The notes: generated by a model from the sequence alone, not told the origin. A DNA stretch of 59,547 nt, filler included, from 4 parts of 4 records of this genome joined end to end with filler, not necessarily neighbours in it; one strand, 5' to 3'; positions 49,101-59,516 are shown, numbered from the whole stretch's first letter. Numbers and translations are program-made.

Positions 49101-49226
49101 GCGCGCAGCTTAACAAGCAATAGTTTAATCGCATCAGCGGCGGCATGTGGCCGCCGCTGATGTTGACTGACCGCCTGGCTAGATTTTATCATTACGACCG
49201 CAACATCTATTTGACCGGACAAGAAC

Positions 49227-52200
49227 ATGCCCGCATTGAAGCCTAAGCCTACAACCAGCCGCACAAGTTTTGCTGCAAGACTTTTGATCCTGCCTGTCTT
49301 GTTACTGCTGTGCGGCCTACAGAGTTGTGGAGATGGAATTGAGACATCAAATGTGGCAATTCCGGAAACGCAGTTCAGTGTGTTAAGTTCTGAGGCGTCC
49401 GGGGTAACGTTCCAGAATCGCATTGATGAGAATGACACGCTGAATTACCTGACGTATATGCATGTGTATGAGGGTGCGGGAGTAGCGGTAGTCGATATTA
49501 ACAATGACGGCCTGAGTGATATTTACTTCACGGCAAATTATGGCCCGAATGCGCTGTATGTTAACCGTGGGGATCTGCATTTTGAAGACATCACTGCGTC
49601 TGCGGGCACAGATGGCGGCTTCCCAAGCTGGACCACGGGTGTGACGGTTGTGGATGTTAACCAGGATGGATGGATGGATATCTACGTCTGCCGTTCCGGA
49701 TGGTTTAAGCAGGCAGATCAGCGCCGCAATTTGCTGTATGTTAACAATGGGGATGAAACATTTACTGAGCGCGGAGCAGACTTTGGGCTTGACGATCCGG
49801 CGCATTCTACGCAGGCCACATTCTTTGACTACGACCGCGATGGTGACCTGGATATGTATCTGGTTAACCATCCAATTGATTTTAACTTAACGCGTAAGTA
49901 TGTTGACCTGGACGTTATTGAAGACACTCCACAGTGGCGCAAATTTGGCGGGCATGACAAGTTATACCGAAATGACGGCACGGGCAGGTTTGCGGACGTG
50001 TCATCCGAAGCTGGGATCTTTGACATCGGGTTTGGGCTTAACGTGCTCTCCGCCGACTTAAACCAGGATGGCTGGGACGACATCTACGTCAGCAATGACT
50101 TCCTGTACCCGGATGTGCTTTATTATAACAACGGTGACGGAACTTTCCGCGACGCTACCAAAGAATCACTTAAACATATCTCCATGTTCGGCATGGGCTC
50201 GGATGTTGGCGACTTCAACAACGATGGGCTGCCCGATGTGATTGTGCTTGATATGGTCTCCGACGATCACTTCCGCAGCAAAGTTAACATGGCTCCGATG
50301 AGTACGGAGCAGTTCTGGGATCTGGTGCACAAAGGGCACCACTATCAGTACATGCTTAACACGCTGCAGATGAATACGGGAGACGGCAAGTTCAGTGAAG
50401 TGGCGCAGCTGGCGGGTATTGACAAGACCGACTGGAGCTGGTCTCCATTGTTAGCGGATTTTGACAACGATGGCCTGCGTGATTTGTTTATTTCGAACGG
50501 CATTCTGCGTGACGTGAGTGACAATGACTTTCAGCGCGAGCAGTACAGGCTGCGCGACCGCTTAACAACATCGCGTTTACTGGATATTATGCCTTCAACT
50601 AAGGTGAGCAATTACATGTTCCGCAACGCCGGCGATCTGCAGTTTGAAGCAGTGACCAAGGAATGGGGCATGGAGCTGCCTGGATTTACTAATGGCGCCG
50701 CTTATGCAGATTTTGACGCTGATGGCGATCTTGATATCGTGATTAACAATGTTAACGAAAATGCATATATCTACCGCAATAATGCGCAGGTTAAGAATCA
50801 GTATGCCTGGCTGCGTTTGAACCTGGTAGGCCCACCGGCGAACCGCCACGGAGTTGGTGCCAAGGTGCAGGTATTTGCGTCTGAGTTGACTTTATATCAG
50901 CAGCACACGCGTACACGCGGATATATGTCAGCATCTGAAAATTCGATGCATTTTGGCCTGGGGGATGAGCGTAAAATTGACAGCTTGATAGTTGAATGGC
51001 ATGACGGCAAAACACAGACAATACATTCGCCGGCGCTGAACGGTGTGCTGAAGGTGGCATATGCCGATGCCGGCAATGATGTCCGGGAGAAGCCAACTGA
51101 TTCTGCATTCTTTGCCGAACGTGATGGTGACGCATCTGTTTTCCGCCACCGTGAAAACGAGTTTAATGACTTTGAGCACGAAATTTTACTACCCCATCGC
51201 ATGTCACGTGAGGGGCCGGCTGCAGCAGCCGGTGACGTGAACGGTGACGGGCTGGATGATGTCTTTCTGGGTGGCGCGGCTGGGCAGGCGAGTGTGCTCA
51301 AGCTCAGGACGGCCGCCGGCGGTTTTGTGCAGGGGGGCTCACAGCCCTGGACGCAGCATGCTGCGGCAGAGGACGTAGCCGCGCACTTTTTTGATGCTGA
51401 CGGTGACGAGGACCTGGATTTGTATGTGGTCGCCGGTGGTTATGTGTTTAGTGAAGGCGCGGCTGAGCTGCAGGACCGTTTGTATCTGAATGATGGCTCG
51501 GGGACTTTCCGCTATGTGGGGGACAGGCTGCCGACCACAACGACGATCGGCTCCAGTGTAGCGGCGGCGGACTATGACCAGGACGGCGATCTGGACCTGT
51601 ATGTGGGCGGCCGTGTGATGGCGGGCAAATATCCGCAAGCTACGCGCAGCTACCTTTTGCAGAATGACGATGGTCGGTTTACGGACGTGACCAAAGCGGC
51701 TGCGAGTGGCCTGCTGCGCCCCGGGCTTGTTACGGATGTGTGCTGGAGTGATTATGATTCGGATGGCGACAAGGATCTGATTCTGGTGGGAGAGTGGATG
51801 CCGGTGACGGTTTTCCAGAATAACGGTAACGGACGATTTACTGATATGACCGAGAATTTCCGGCTTGACGACCATTCGGGCTGGTGGAATACCATTGAAG
51901 AAGGCGATTTTGATGGCGACGGTGATTATGACTACATCGTGGGCAACCTGGGACTAAATACCAAGTATTCGGCCAGCAAAGAGAATCCACTCCTTATATA
52001 TATGTCTGACTTTGATGACAATGGAAGTTCTGATATTGTCCTGGCTGCATCAAAGGGTGACAAGGAGCTGCCGATCCGCGGACGCGAGTGTTCTTCGGAC
52101 CAAATGCCATTTATCGCTGAGCAGTTTCCAACGTTCCGCGAGTTTGCATCGGCCAGTATCATTGATATCTATGGTCAGGAGCAGCTGAACAAGGCTCTGC

Positions 52201-52601
52201 AGCGCAAGGTGACGACATTCAGGTCTGTGTATCTGGAAAATATCAGCGGGGCGTTTCAGCTTCGCGAACTCCCGATAGAGGCGCAGATGGGACCAGTTCG
52301 TGGCATAGTAGTCGCCGATTTTAATGATGATGGCCTGAAAGACGCGATATTGGTAGGAAACAACTACGGGGCGGAAGTGGAGACTGTACGGTATGACGCC
52401 ATGACTGGCTTACTTTTGCTTGGCAATGGGGCTGGAGCCTTTGATGCGGTGCCGTCACGCACAAGTGGGCTGCGCGTACAGGCTAATGTACGCGGTGTTT
52501 TGAAGTTGAATGGAACAAATATGGCAGCACCGCTGTTGCTGGTGACTCTGAATGACTCAAAAACTCGTATTTTTGATGTCTTAGCGCAAAAAGGTCACTA
52601 A
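49227..52601 (+). CDS. CRTAC1-family VCBS/FG-GAP repeat lipoprotein with ASPIC/UnbV domain (paralog 2)
   Basis: Lipobox LQSC; same architecture, sharing KTDWSW, RGYMS...HFGLG, LLPH.MS and RGRECSS. Confidence 0.9.
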   Translation: MPALKPKPTTSRTSFAARLLILPVLLLLCGLQSCGDGIETSNVAIPETQFSVLSSEASGVTFQNRIDENDTLNYLTYMHVYEGAGVAVVDINNDGLSDIYFTANYGPNALYVNRGDLHFEDITASAGTDGGFPSWTTGVTVVDVNQDGWMDIYVCRSGWFKQADQRRNLLYVNNGDETFTERGADFGLDDPAHSTQATFFDYDRDGDLDMYLVNHPIDFNLTRKYVDLDVIEDTPQWRKFGGHDKLYRNDGTGRFADVSSEAGIFDIGFGLNVLSADLNQDGWDDIYVSNDFLYPDVLYYNNGDGTFRDATKESLKHISMFGMGSDVGDFNNDGLPDVIVLDMVSDDHFRSKVNMAPMSTEQFWDLVHKGHHYQYMLNTLQMNTGDGKFSEVAQLAGIDKTDWSWSPLLADFDNDGLRDLFISNGILRDVSDNDFQREQYRLRDRLTTSRLLDIMPSTKVSNYMFRNAGDLQFEAVTKEWGMELPGFTNGAAYADFDADGDLDIVINNVNENAYIYRNNAQVKNQYAWLRLNLVGPPANRHGVGAKVQVFASELTLYQQHTRTRGYMSASENSMHFGLGDERKIDSLIVEWHDGKTQTIHSPALNGVLKVAYADAGNDVREKPTDSAFFAERDGDASVFRHRENEFNDFEHEILLPHRMSREGPAAAAGDVNGDGLDDVFLGGAAGQASVLKLRTAAGGFVQGGSQPWTQHAAAEDVAAHFFDADGDEDLDLYVVAGGYVFSEGAAELQDRLYLNDGSGTFRYVGDRLPTTTTIGSSVAAADYDQDGDLDLYVGGRVMAGKYPQATRSYLLQNDDGRFTDVTKAAASGLLRPGLVTDVCWSDYDSDGDKDLILVGEWMPVTVFQNNGNGRFTDMTENFRLDDHSGWWNTIEEGDFDGDGDYDYIVGNLGLNTKYSASKENPLLIYMSDFDDNGSSDIVLAASKGDKELPIRGRECSSDQMPFIAEQFPTFREFASASIIDIYGQEQLNKALQRKVTTFRSVYLENISGAFQLRELPIEAQMGPVRGIVVADFNDDGLKDAILVGNNYGAEVETVRYDAMTGLLLLGNGAGAFDAVPSRTSGLRVQANVRGVLKLNGTNMAAPLLLVTLNDSKTRIFDVLAQKGH

Positions 52602-53025
52602 ATAGTACCCGGTTCAGGGGCAGAAAGACGGTGTTTTTCAGAAATCGCAAAAACTATTTAAATAGTTCGATCCAGTCAGGGCAAGGCCTGACGCCACAAT
52701 TCGGAATAATTTTTGGCCAAACTGTAAATTTTTTCCAAATTAGCCGTGACGTTTGGCGAGATAGGGTGTCCTAATCTCCCATAGGCCAAAATCGCGCAAA
52801 GTGGATGACCGTGTGCCTGAGATTGAACAAAATCCCTGAAGCACACACCTTACAACACACCTTAATTCATCCAGGCGAAGACAGGCTCGCGCTTCAAACA
52901 GAGGCAGCAGAGCCAAGACCAAATAAAGACTGCGAAGTACTTTATTCTCGAAAGACAAAACATTAATGCATAATTCAAATCCCTGCATGTATAGTGTAAT
53001 TTTAAACCAAACTGGAGTTATCGAA

Positions 53026-53706
53026 ATGACAAAGAGGTTACTCTCCTTGTTCGTTGCGGCTTTGGCATTATGGGTTGTTCAGGATGTGCCTCCTGTCCAA
53101 GCTCAGACCATTGTCCAGATCGGTGAAGGTAGAAGTTCAGGTGTTGACTATCCGTTCAACAACTACTACAACTACGACCGTTACCGCTCAGCAACGCTGT
53201 ATTCAGACCTGGCTATCCGCGAAGGCGGCGGCATTCCAGGACGCATCGCGCGTCTTGAATGGCAAACCTGTACGAACCAGTTCTACAAAAACTTTTATAG
53301 CTACCGTCCAGCGAGCGCCAAGCGCACGCGTATCTGGTTGGCTATCTCCCCAGTGAATAACTGGACGCAAGACCGTAACGGCCGTCACTTTACAAATCTG
53401 ATTGACCCATCAGGTCCTCCTCCATACAACCTGGAAAACCTGACTCTGGTTTATGAAGGTCCAATGTTCGTAGAGAACCTGGGCTTTGATGACTGGTACG
53501 GTGTTGACCTGGATGAGCCATGGCAGTATAACCGTGGTCACCTTGCAGTGATTATTGCTCGCGAATTTACGCCGGAACTGAACCGTCGTTTTCCGGGTAC
53601 ACCGCAGTGGAATGAAGAGCGCGGTTGCTGGCAGTACACACGTATTGCTGGTGGCGTAGGCGACGAATCCAACACTCGCTGGTCCAACATGCAATGGTGG
53701 GGCTGG
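53026..53706 (+). CDS. Secreted protein of unknown function, 3'-truncated
   Basis: GGAG RBS; signal peptide MTKRLLSLFVAALALW...VQAQ; frame open to the contig edge. Confidence 0.75.
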
Positions 53707-53806
53707 NNNNNNNNNNNNNNNNNNNNNNNNNNNNNNNNNNNNNNNNNNNNTTAATTAATTAANNNNNNNNNNNNNNNNNNNNNNNNNNNNNNNNNNNNNN
53801 NNNNNN
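53707..53806. other. Artificial contig spacer
   Basis: 44 N + TTAATTAATTAA + 44 N. Confidence 0.99.
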
Positions 53807-53807
53807 C

Positions 53808-55133
53808 TATGGCGGCACCTGCGTGATCCGGGGCTGCGTGCCCAAGAAACTGATGGTCTTCGCCTCGGAATACGCCACCATGCCCGCCGCGGCGCGGGCC
53901 AATGGCTGGGACATCCCGGACGGGACCTTCGACTGGTCGGTCTTCCGGGGCAAGCTGCACGCCGAACTCGACCGCCTCGAAGGCATCTATCGCAAGTTGC
54001 TGGCCGGCTCGGGGGTCGAGACCTTCGACGCCCGCGCCACGCTGAAGGATGCCCATACGGTGGAGTTGTCCACCGGCGAGACGAAGACGGCCAAACACAT
54101 CCTGATCGCCACCGGCGGGCGCCCGGTGCGCCCCGACCTGCCGAACGCGGGCCTTGGCCTCGTGTCCGACGACATCTTCGACCTTCCGGCGCTGCCGAAG
54201 TCGATCCTGATCGTCGGCGGCGGCTATATCGCCTGCGAATTCGCCTGCATCCTCAATGGTCTGGGCGTCGAGGTGACGCAGTACTACCGCGGCGCGCAGA
54301 TCCTGCGGGGCTTCGACGAAGAGGCCCGCGGCCTGATCGCCGAGCAGATGATGGCCAGCGGCATCGACCTGCACCTAGGCACCGATATCGTCGAGATGTG
54401 CCGCGAGGACGATCTGGACGAGACCCGCGACGCGCCGGTCGAGGCGCGCGATTTCGCCGCCGCCGCAGAGGCGCCCGCCGCGCCCGACGGCAAGCCGCTC
54501 AGCGTGAAGGCCACCAACGGCACCGAGCGGGTCTTCGACGCGGTCTTCTTCGCCACCGGGCGGCGGCCCAACACCGACGGTCTCGGGCTGGAAGAGCTGG
54601 GGATCGAACTGGGTCGCGACGGCTCTGTCACCGTGGACGACTACAGCCAGACCGCCGTGCCCTCGGTCTATGCCATCGGCGACGTGACCAACCGCGTGAA
54701 CCTGACGCCCGTCGCGATCCGCGAGGGCATGGCCTTCGTCGAGACGGTCTTCAAGGGCAACCCGACCCCGGTGGATCACGAGCTGATCCCCTCGGCGGTC
54801 TTCACCCAGCCCGAGTTCGGCACCATCGGCCAGACCGAGGAAGAGGCCCGCGACAAGGGCCCGATCGAGGTCTACTGCACTTCGTTCAAGCCGATGCAGA
54901 CCGCCTTCGCGGAACAGCCCGACCGGGTGCTGATGAAGCTGGTCGTCTGCGCCGACACCCGCAAGGTGCTGGGCTGCCATATCGTCGCACCCGGCGCCGG
55001 TGAGATGATCCAGCTGGCGGGCATCGCCGTAAAGCTGGGTGCGACCAAAGAGGATTTCGACCGGACCGTGGCGGTGCATCCGACCATGTCCGAAGAAATC
55101 GTGACCATGCGCACGCCCGTGCGAAAATCGTGA
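53808..55133 (+). CDS. gor: Glutathione-disulfide reductase, 5'-truncated
   Basis: Redox disulfide YGGTCVIRGCVPKK, GGGYIACE, AIGDVT..NLTPVA and HPTMSEE. Confidence 0.93.
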   Translation, partial: YGGTCVIRGCVPKKLMVFASEYATMPAAARANGWDIPDGTFDWSVFRGKLHAELDRLEGIYRKLLAGSGVETFDARATLKDAHTVELSTGETKTAKHILIATGGRPVRPDLPNAGLGLVSDDIFDLPALPKSILIVGGGYIACEFACILNGLGVEVTQYYRGAQILRGFDEEARGLIAEQMMASGIDLHLGTDIVEMCREDDLDETRDAPVEARDFAAAAEAPAAPDGKPLSVKATNGTERVFDAVFFATGRRPNTDGLGLEELGIELGRDGSVTVDDYSQTAVPSVYAIGDVTNRVNLTPVAIREGMAFVETVFKGNPTPVDHELIPSAVFTQPEFGTIGQTEEEARDKGPIEVYCTSFKPMQTAFAEQPDRVLMKLVVCADTRKVLGCHIVAPGAGEMIQLAGIAVKLGATKEDFDRTVAVHPTMSEEIVTMRTPVRKS

Positions 55134-55204
55134 TACGCTTGATATTGGCGCGGTGATGCACAGGTTAGCATCACACGGAGAGAATACAGGAAGGACCGGA
55201 CTTC

Positions 55205-56389
55205 ATGGCAGGTAACAGCGGCGGCCCCTGGGGGGGCGGCGGTGGCGGAAGCCAGGGCGGTGGCAACAACGGCCGCCCGCCCAGTTCAGGCGGGGGCGGC
55301 GGTGGCCGCCGGCCCGAGGACAGCCAGATCCCCGAGATCGACGAGCTGATGAAGAAGGGGCAGGAACGTCTGCGCGTTCTCATGGGCGGCCGTGGCGACG
55401 CCGGGGCGCGCCGCAATGGTGGCGGCACCGGCGGTGGCGGCGGCATGGGCGGCGGCTTTGGCCGGGGCACCGTGATGCTGGGTCTTCTGGGCCTCGTCGG
55501 CCTCTGGGCCTTTGCCAGCTTCTACACCGTGCGCCCCGAAGAGCAGTCGGTGGAACTGTTCCTTGGCGAATATTCCTCGACCGGCAACCCGGGCCTGAAC
55601 TTCGCGCCCTGGCCGATCGTCACCCATGAAGTCGTCAACGTGACCTCGGAACGCACCGAGACCATCGGCGGCGGTCGCGCGGCCGATGGCGGGCTGATGC
55701 TGACCACGGATGCGAACATCGTCGACATCGACTTTCAGGTGGTCTGGAACATCTCGGACCCGGCGAAACTGCTGTTCAACATCCGCGACCCGCAGCTGAC
55801 CGTGCAGGCGGCCTCGGAGTCGGTCATGCGCGAGATCATCGCGGCCTCGAACCTCGCCCCGATCCTCAACCGCGACCGGGGGCTGATCGCCGACAGCGCG
55901 CGCGAGCAGATCCAGGCGACGCTGGACGAGTACGACTCGGGCATCAACATCGTCCGGGTCAACCTCGACACCGCCGATCCGCCCGCCGAGGTCATCGATG
56001 CCTTCCGCGCCGTTCAGGCCGCCGAGCAGGAACGCGATCGGCTGGAACGTCAGGCCGACGCCTACGCCAACCGCGTCGTCGCAGAAGCGCGCGGTCAGGC
56101 CGCGCAGGTGCGCGAAGAGGCCGAAGGCTACCGCGCCCAGCAGGTCAACGAGGCGCTGGGTCAGGCCGCCCGCTTCACCTCGGTGCAGACGGAATACGCG
56201 CTGGCCCCCGAAGTGACCCGCCGTCGTCTCTACATCGAGACGATGGAGAAGGTGCTGGGCGACATCGACAAGATGATCCTCGACGAATCCGTGGCCGGTG
56301 GCGGCGCTTCGGGCGGGGGCGTGGTGTCCTACCTGCCGCTCAACGAGCTGCGTCGCCCGGCTCCGGCGGCCCCGGCGGAAGGAAACTGA
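55205..56389 (+). CDS. hflK: FtsH protease modulator HflK
   Basis: Gly-rich GPWG N-terminus, TM helix, SPFH domain (MLTTDANIVD), V.DAF..VQ.A and VTRRRLYIETME. Confidence 0.96.
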   Translation: MAGNSGGPWGGGGGGSQGGGNNGRPPSSGGGGGGRRPEDSQIPEIDELMKKGQERLRVLMGGRGDAGARRNGGGTGGGGGMGGGFGRGTVMLGLLGLVGLWAFASFYTVRPEEQSVELFLGEYSSTGNPGLNFAPWPIVTHEVVNVTSERTETIGGGRAADGGLMLTTDANIVDIDFQVVWNISDPAKLLFNIRDPQLTVQAASESVMREIIAASNLAPILNRDRGLIADSAREQIQATLDEYDSGINIVRVNLDTADPPAEVIDAFRAVQAAEQERDRLERQADAYANRVVAEARGQAAQVREEAEGYRAQQVNEALGQAARFTSVQTEYALAPEVTRRRLYIETMEKVLGDIDKMILDESVAGGGASGGGVVSYLPLNELRRPAPAAPAEGN

Positions 56390-56391
56390 TC

Positions 56392-57549
56392 ATGCGCAAG
56401 ACAACATACCTTCTCCCCGTGGTCGTGGTCGCCCTTGTGGTGGCGCTGTCGTCGATCTTCGTGGTGGACGAGCGTGAAAAGGCGCTGGTGCTTCAGTTCG
56501 GCCAGATCAAGGCCGTCAAGGAAGAGCCGGGCCTCGCCTTCAAGATCCCGCTGATCCAGGAAGTCGTCCGCTACGACGACCGCATCCTGTCGCTGGACAC
56601 CGAGACCATCGAGGTCACCCCCGCAGACGACCGCCGTCTGGTGGTCGACGCCTTCGCCCGCTACCGCATCGCCGACGTGGTGCAGTTCCGGCAGGCCGTG
56701 GGCACCGGGGGCGAGCGCGCCGCAGAGGATCGCCTGTCGGGCATCCTCAACGCGCAGATCCGCGAGGTTCTGGGTGCCGATCAGGTGACGTCGGACCGCA
56801 TCCTGTCCGAAGACCGCCGCGACCTGATGAACCGGATCCGCGACAGCGCGCGGGCCGAGGCGCTGTCTCTGGGCCTCGACGTGGTGGACGTGCGCCTGAA
56901 GCAGACTAACCTGCCTTCGCAGAACCTCGACGCGACCTTCGACCGGATGCGCGCCGAGCGTGAGCGCGAGGCGGCGGACGAACGCGCCCGAGGCAATGAA
57001 GCGGCGCAGCGGGTGCGCGCGCTGGCCGATCGTACGGTGGTGGAGACCCTCTCCGAAGCCGAGCGCGAGGCCAACGTGATCCGCGGTGAGGCCGATGCGG
57101 AACGCAACAGCATCTTCGCCGAAGCCTATGGTGCGGACCCCGAGTTCTTTGCCTTCTACCGCTCGCTTCAGGCCTATGAGACGGCTCTGCGGGGCGGCAA
57201 TTCCTCGATGGTCATGACGCCGGACAGCCAGTTCTTCAACTACTTCCGGAACGAGAACGCGACCTCGGGCTTCACCGCCGCGGCCACGCGTATCCCGACC
57301 GCGGAGCCGGGCGAGGGGCTGGACGGCGTCGCGCCCGAGTTCACCGATCCCGAAGCGGTCGAGGACGAGACGCCGGAAACCCCGGCCCCCGTCGATCCGG
57401 CCCCGGAGACGATCGACGCTCCGGCAGCGGAGGGCGCGGCCACCGACGCCCCGGCAGAGGCAACGGACGCCCCGGCAGAGGCGGTCGACGCCCCCGCCGA
57501 GGAGGCCGAGGCCCCCGCCGAAGGCGATGACACCACGACCGGCAATTGA
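56392..57549 (+). CDS. hflC: FtsH protease modulator HflC with long acidic Pro/Ala-rich tail
   Basis: LQFG...EPGL.FKIP, RMRAERE and DPEFFAFYRSLQAY. Confidence 0.95.
   Translation: MRKTTYLLPVVVVALVVALSSIFVVDEREKALVLQFGQIKAVKEEPGLAFKIPLIQEVVRYDDRILSLDTETIEVTPADDRRLVVDAFARYRIADVVQFRQAVGTGGERAAEDRLSGILNAQIREVLGADQVTSDRILSEDRRDLMNRIRDSARAEALSLGLDVVDVRLKQTNLPSQNLDATFDRMRAEREREAADERARGNEAAQRVRALADRTVVETLSEAEREANVIRGEADAERNSIFAEAYGADPEFFAFYRSLQAYETALRGGNSSMVMTPDSQFFNYFRNENATSGFTAAATRIPTAEPGEGLDGVAPEFTDPEAVEDETPETPAPVDPAPETIDAPAAEGAATDAPAEATDAPAEAVDAPAEEAEAPAEGDDTTTGN
57445..57525 (+). repeat. 21-bp coding repeat (DAPAEAT/DAPAEAV/DAPAEEA) in the hflC tail
   Basis: GACGCCCCGGCAGAGGCAACG GACGCCCCGGCAGAGGCGGTC GACGCCCCCGCCGAGGAGGCC. 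Confidence 0.75.
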
Positions 57550-57734
57550 CCGCGTCGGACATCTGGACGGGGATCGCCATGGTCCTCGTGATCGAGGGGC
57601 TGGTGTACGCACTGGCCCCTTCGCTTGTCGAACGCATCCTCGAGGCCTTGCGGGGGATGCCGCTGGATATGCGCCGCACGCTGGGCCTTGCCACGCTGGC
57701 GACGGGTCTGGCGATGCTCTGGCTCATGGCGTGA
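57546..57734 (+). CDS. DUF2065 (YjeT-like) small membrane protein
   Basis: LVIEGLVYALAP...R..GL motif; typical position after hflC. Confidence 0.88.
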   Translation: MTASDIWTGIAMVLVIEGLVYALAPSLVERILEALRGMPLDMRRTLGLATLATGLAMLWLMA

Positions 57735-57961
57735 TCCCGCCCATCGCCGGCCGCGACACCAAAAAGTTAAGCAAAAATTTACAGGTTAACGTCTATTAAC
57801 CCTGTTGACCGTCGAGTGGTTCGCGTTTCGGCCAGTCACTCTCGCGTGAAAAACCGTAATGCTGTCTTTGGTGTTGCCCCGATGCACCTATCTTTGGGAC
57901 ACTGACAGACAGGAGGCAGGCGGCGGCCCGGGGCTGCCGGCTGGCAGACAAGGAGATTCAA

Positions 57962-59434
57962 TTGAAACCGCAATCCCTCGCACTGACACGGGATCGGGCA
58001 ACACCGCTGCGGCTGTTCTGGCTGGGCACGTTGTCGATGATCCTGATCGTTTCGCAATCGCTGATGGCGCAGGCGCGCGGCGTGCCCGAAAGCTTTGCCG
58101 ACCTCGCCCAGCGGGTCAGCCCCTCGGTGGTGAACATCACCACCTCGACGGTGGTCGCCGGCCGCACCGGCCCGCAGGGCATCGTCCCCGAAGGCTCCCC
58201 CTTCGAAGATCTCTTCCGCGATTTCCAGGAACGCGGCGGTCCCGACCGTCCGCGCCGCTCTTCGGCGCTGGGTTCGGGCTTCGTCATTTCCGAGGACGGC
58301 TACATCGTGACGAACAACCACGTCATCGAAGGCGCCGACGAGATCACCATCGAGTTCTTCTCGGGGCGTGAGCTGAAGGCAGAGCTGAAGGGGACCGACC
58401 CCAACACCGACATCGCGCTGCTGAAGGTCGAATCGGACGAGCCGCTGCCCTTCGTGAACTTCGGCAACTCCGACGGCGCCCGCGTGGGCGACTGGGTCAT
58501 GGCCATGGGCAACCCGCTCGGGCAGGGCTTCTCGGTCTCGGCGGGCATCGTTTCGGCGCGCAACCGGGCGCTGTCGGGCACCTATGACGACTACATCCAG
58601 ACCGACGCGGCGATCAACCGCGGCAACTCGGGCGGGCCGCTGTTCAACATGGACGGCGACGTGATCGGCGTGAACACCGCGATCCTCTCGCCCACCGGCG
58701 GCTCGATCGGCATCGGCTTCTCGATGGCCTCCAACGTCGTCACCAAGGTGGTCGAGCAGCTCAAGGAGTTCGGCGAGACCCGCCGCGGCTGGCTGGGCGT
58801 GCGCATTCAGGACGTGACCGAGGACGAGGCCGAAGCGCTGGGGCTCGAGGAAGCCAAGGGCGCGCTGGTCTCCGACGTGCCCGAGGGCCCCGCGATGGAG
58901 GCCGGCATGATGGCCGGGGACGTGATCCTCTCCTTCGACGGTGTCACGGTCGAGGACACCCGCCAGCTGGTGCGGGTCGTCGCCAACACGCCCGTGGGCG
59001 AGACGGTGCGCGTCGTGGTCTTCCGCGACGGGGCCACGCAGACGCTGAAGGTCACGCTGGGCCGCCGGGAAGAGGCGCAGGGTGCCGTGCCCGCCGCCGC
59101 CACCGGCGCCCCGGATGCCGAGGCGCCGAGCGAGGTCGAGGTGCTGGGCCTGACGCTCAGCCCGTTGACCGCCGAGATCCGCGGCGAGTTGGAACTGGAC
59201 GAGTCGACGGACGGTCTGGCGGTCATGGACGTGGTCCCGACCTCGCAGGCCTTCGAGAAGGGTCTGCGCGCCGGGGACGTCATCACCGAGGCGGGGCAAA
59301 GCGCCGTGACCACGGTGGCGGAGCTTCAGGACCGCATCGACGAGGCGAAGGAAGAGGGGCGCAAGTCGATCCTCCTGCTGGTCCGCCGCGGCGGCGACCC
59401 GCGCTTCGTGGCGCTTGGCCTCGACGAGGGCTGA
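57962..59434 (+). CDS. degP: Do/DegQ/DegP-family periplasmic serine protease with two PDZ domains
   Basis: Catalytic triad motifs TNNHV, TDIA and GNSGGP; RGWLGV PDZ motif; AGGAG RBS before a TTG start. Confidence 0.93.
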   Translation: MKPQSLALTRDRATPLRLFWLGTLSMILIVSQSLMAQARGVPESFADLAQRVSPSVVNITTSTVVAGRTGPQGIVPEGSPFEDLFRDFQERGGPDRPRRSSALGSGFVISEDGYIVTNNHVIEGADEITIEFFSGRELKAELKGTDPNTDIALLKVESDEPLPFVNFGNSDGARVGDWVMAMGNPLGQGFSVSAGIVSARNRALSGTYDDYIQTDAAINRGNSGGPLFNMDGDVIGVNTAILSPTGGSIGIGFSMASNVVTKVVEQLKEFGETRRGWLGVRIQDVTEDEAEALGLEEAKGALVSDVPEGPAMEAGMMAGDVILSFDGVTVEDTRQLVRVVANTPVGETVRVVVFRDGATQTLKVTLGRREEAQGAVPAAATGAPDAEAPSEVEVLGLTLSPLTAEIRGELELDESTDGLAVMDVVPTSQAFEKGLRAGDVITEAGQSAVTTVAELQDRIDEAKEEGRKSILLLVRRGGDPRFVALGLDEG

Positions 59435-59485
59435 CGGGACAGGCTGACCGGGAGGGCTGAATGCCTCCCGGTGACGGGTTCCGGC

Positions 59486-59516
59486 AGGGGCGGCCTTTTC
59501 ATGGCCGCCCCTTTCC
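59486..59516 (+). terminator. Probable terminator hairpin after degP
   Basis: AGGGGCGGCC-TTTTCAT-GGCCGCCCCT followed by TT; a second hairpin CCGGGAGG/CCTCCCGG lies just upstream. Confidence 0.65.

Noticed and set aside
45700..52400. Recurring GACGGCGA/GATGGTGACCTGGA-like DNA repeats as a CRISPR or DGR signal
   Set aside because: Irregular spacing, fully explained by encoded DxDxDG repeats and paralogy; no cas or reverse transcriptase gene.
53751..59313. Long antisense or alternate-frame ORFs in contig D (e.g. 57836-59299, 56329-57612)
   Set aside because: Shadow ORFs expected from high-GC codon bias opposite well-conserved genes.
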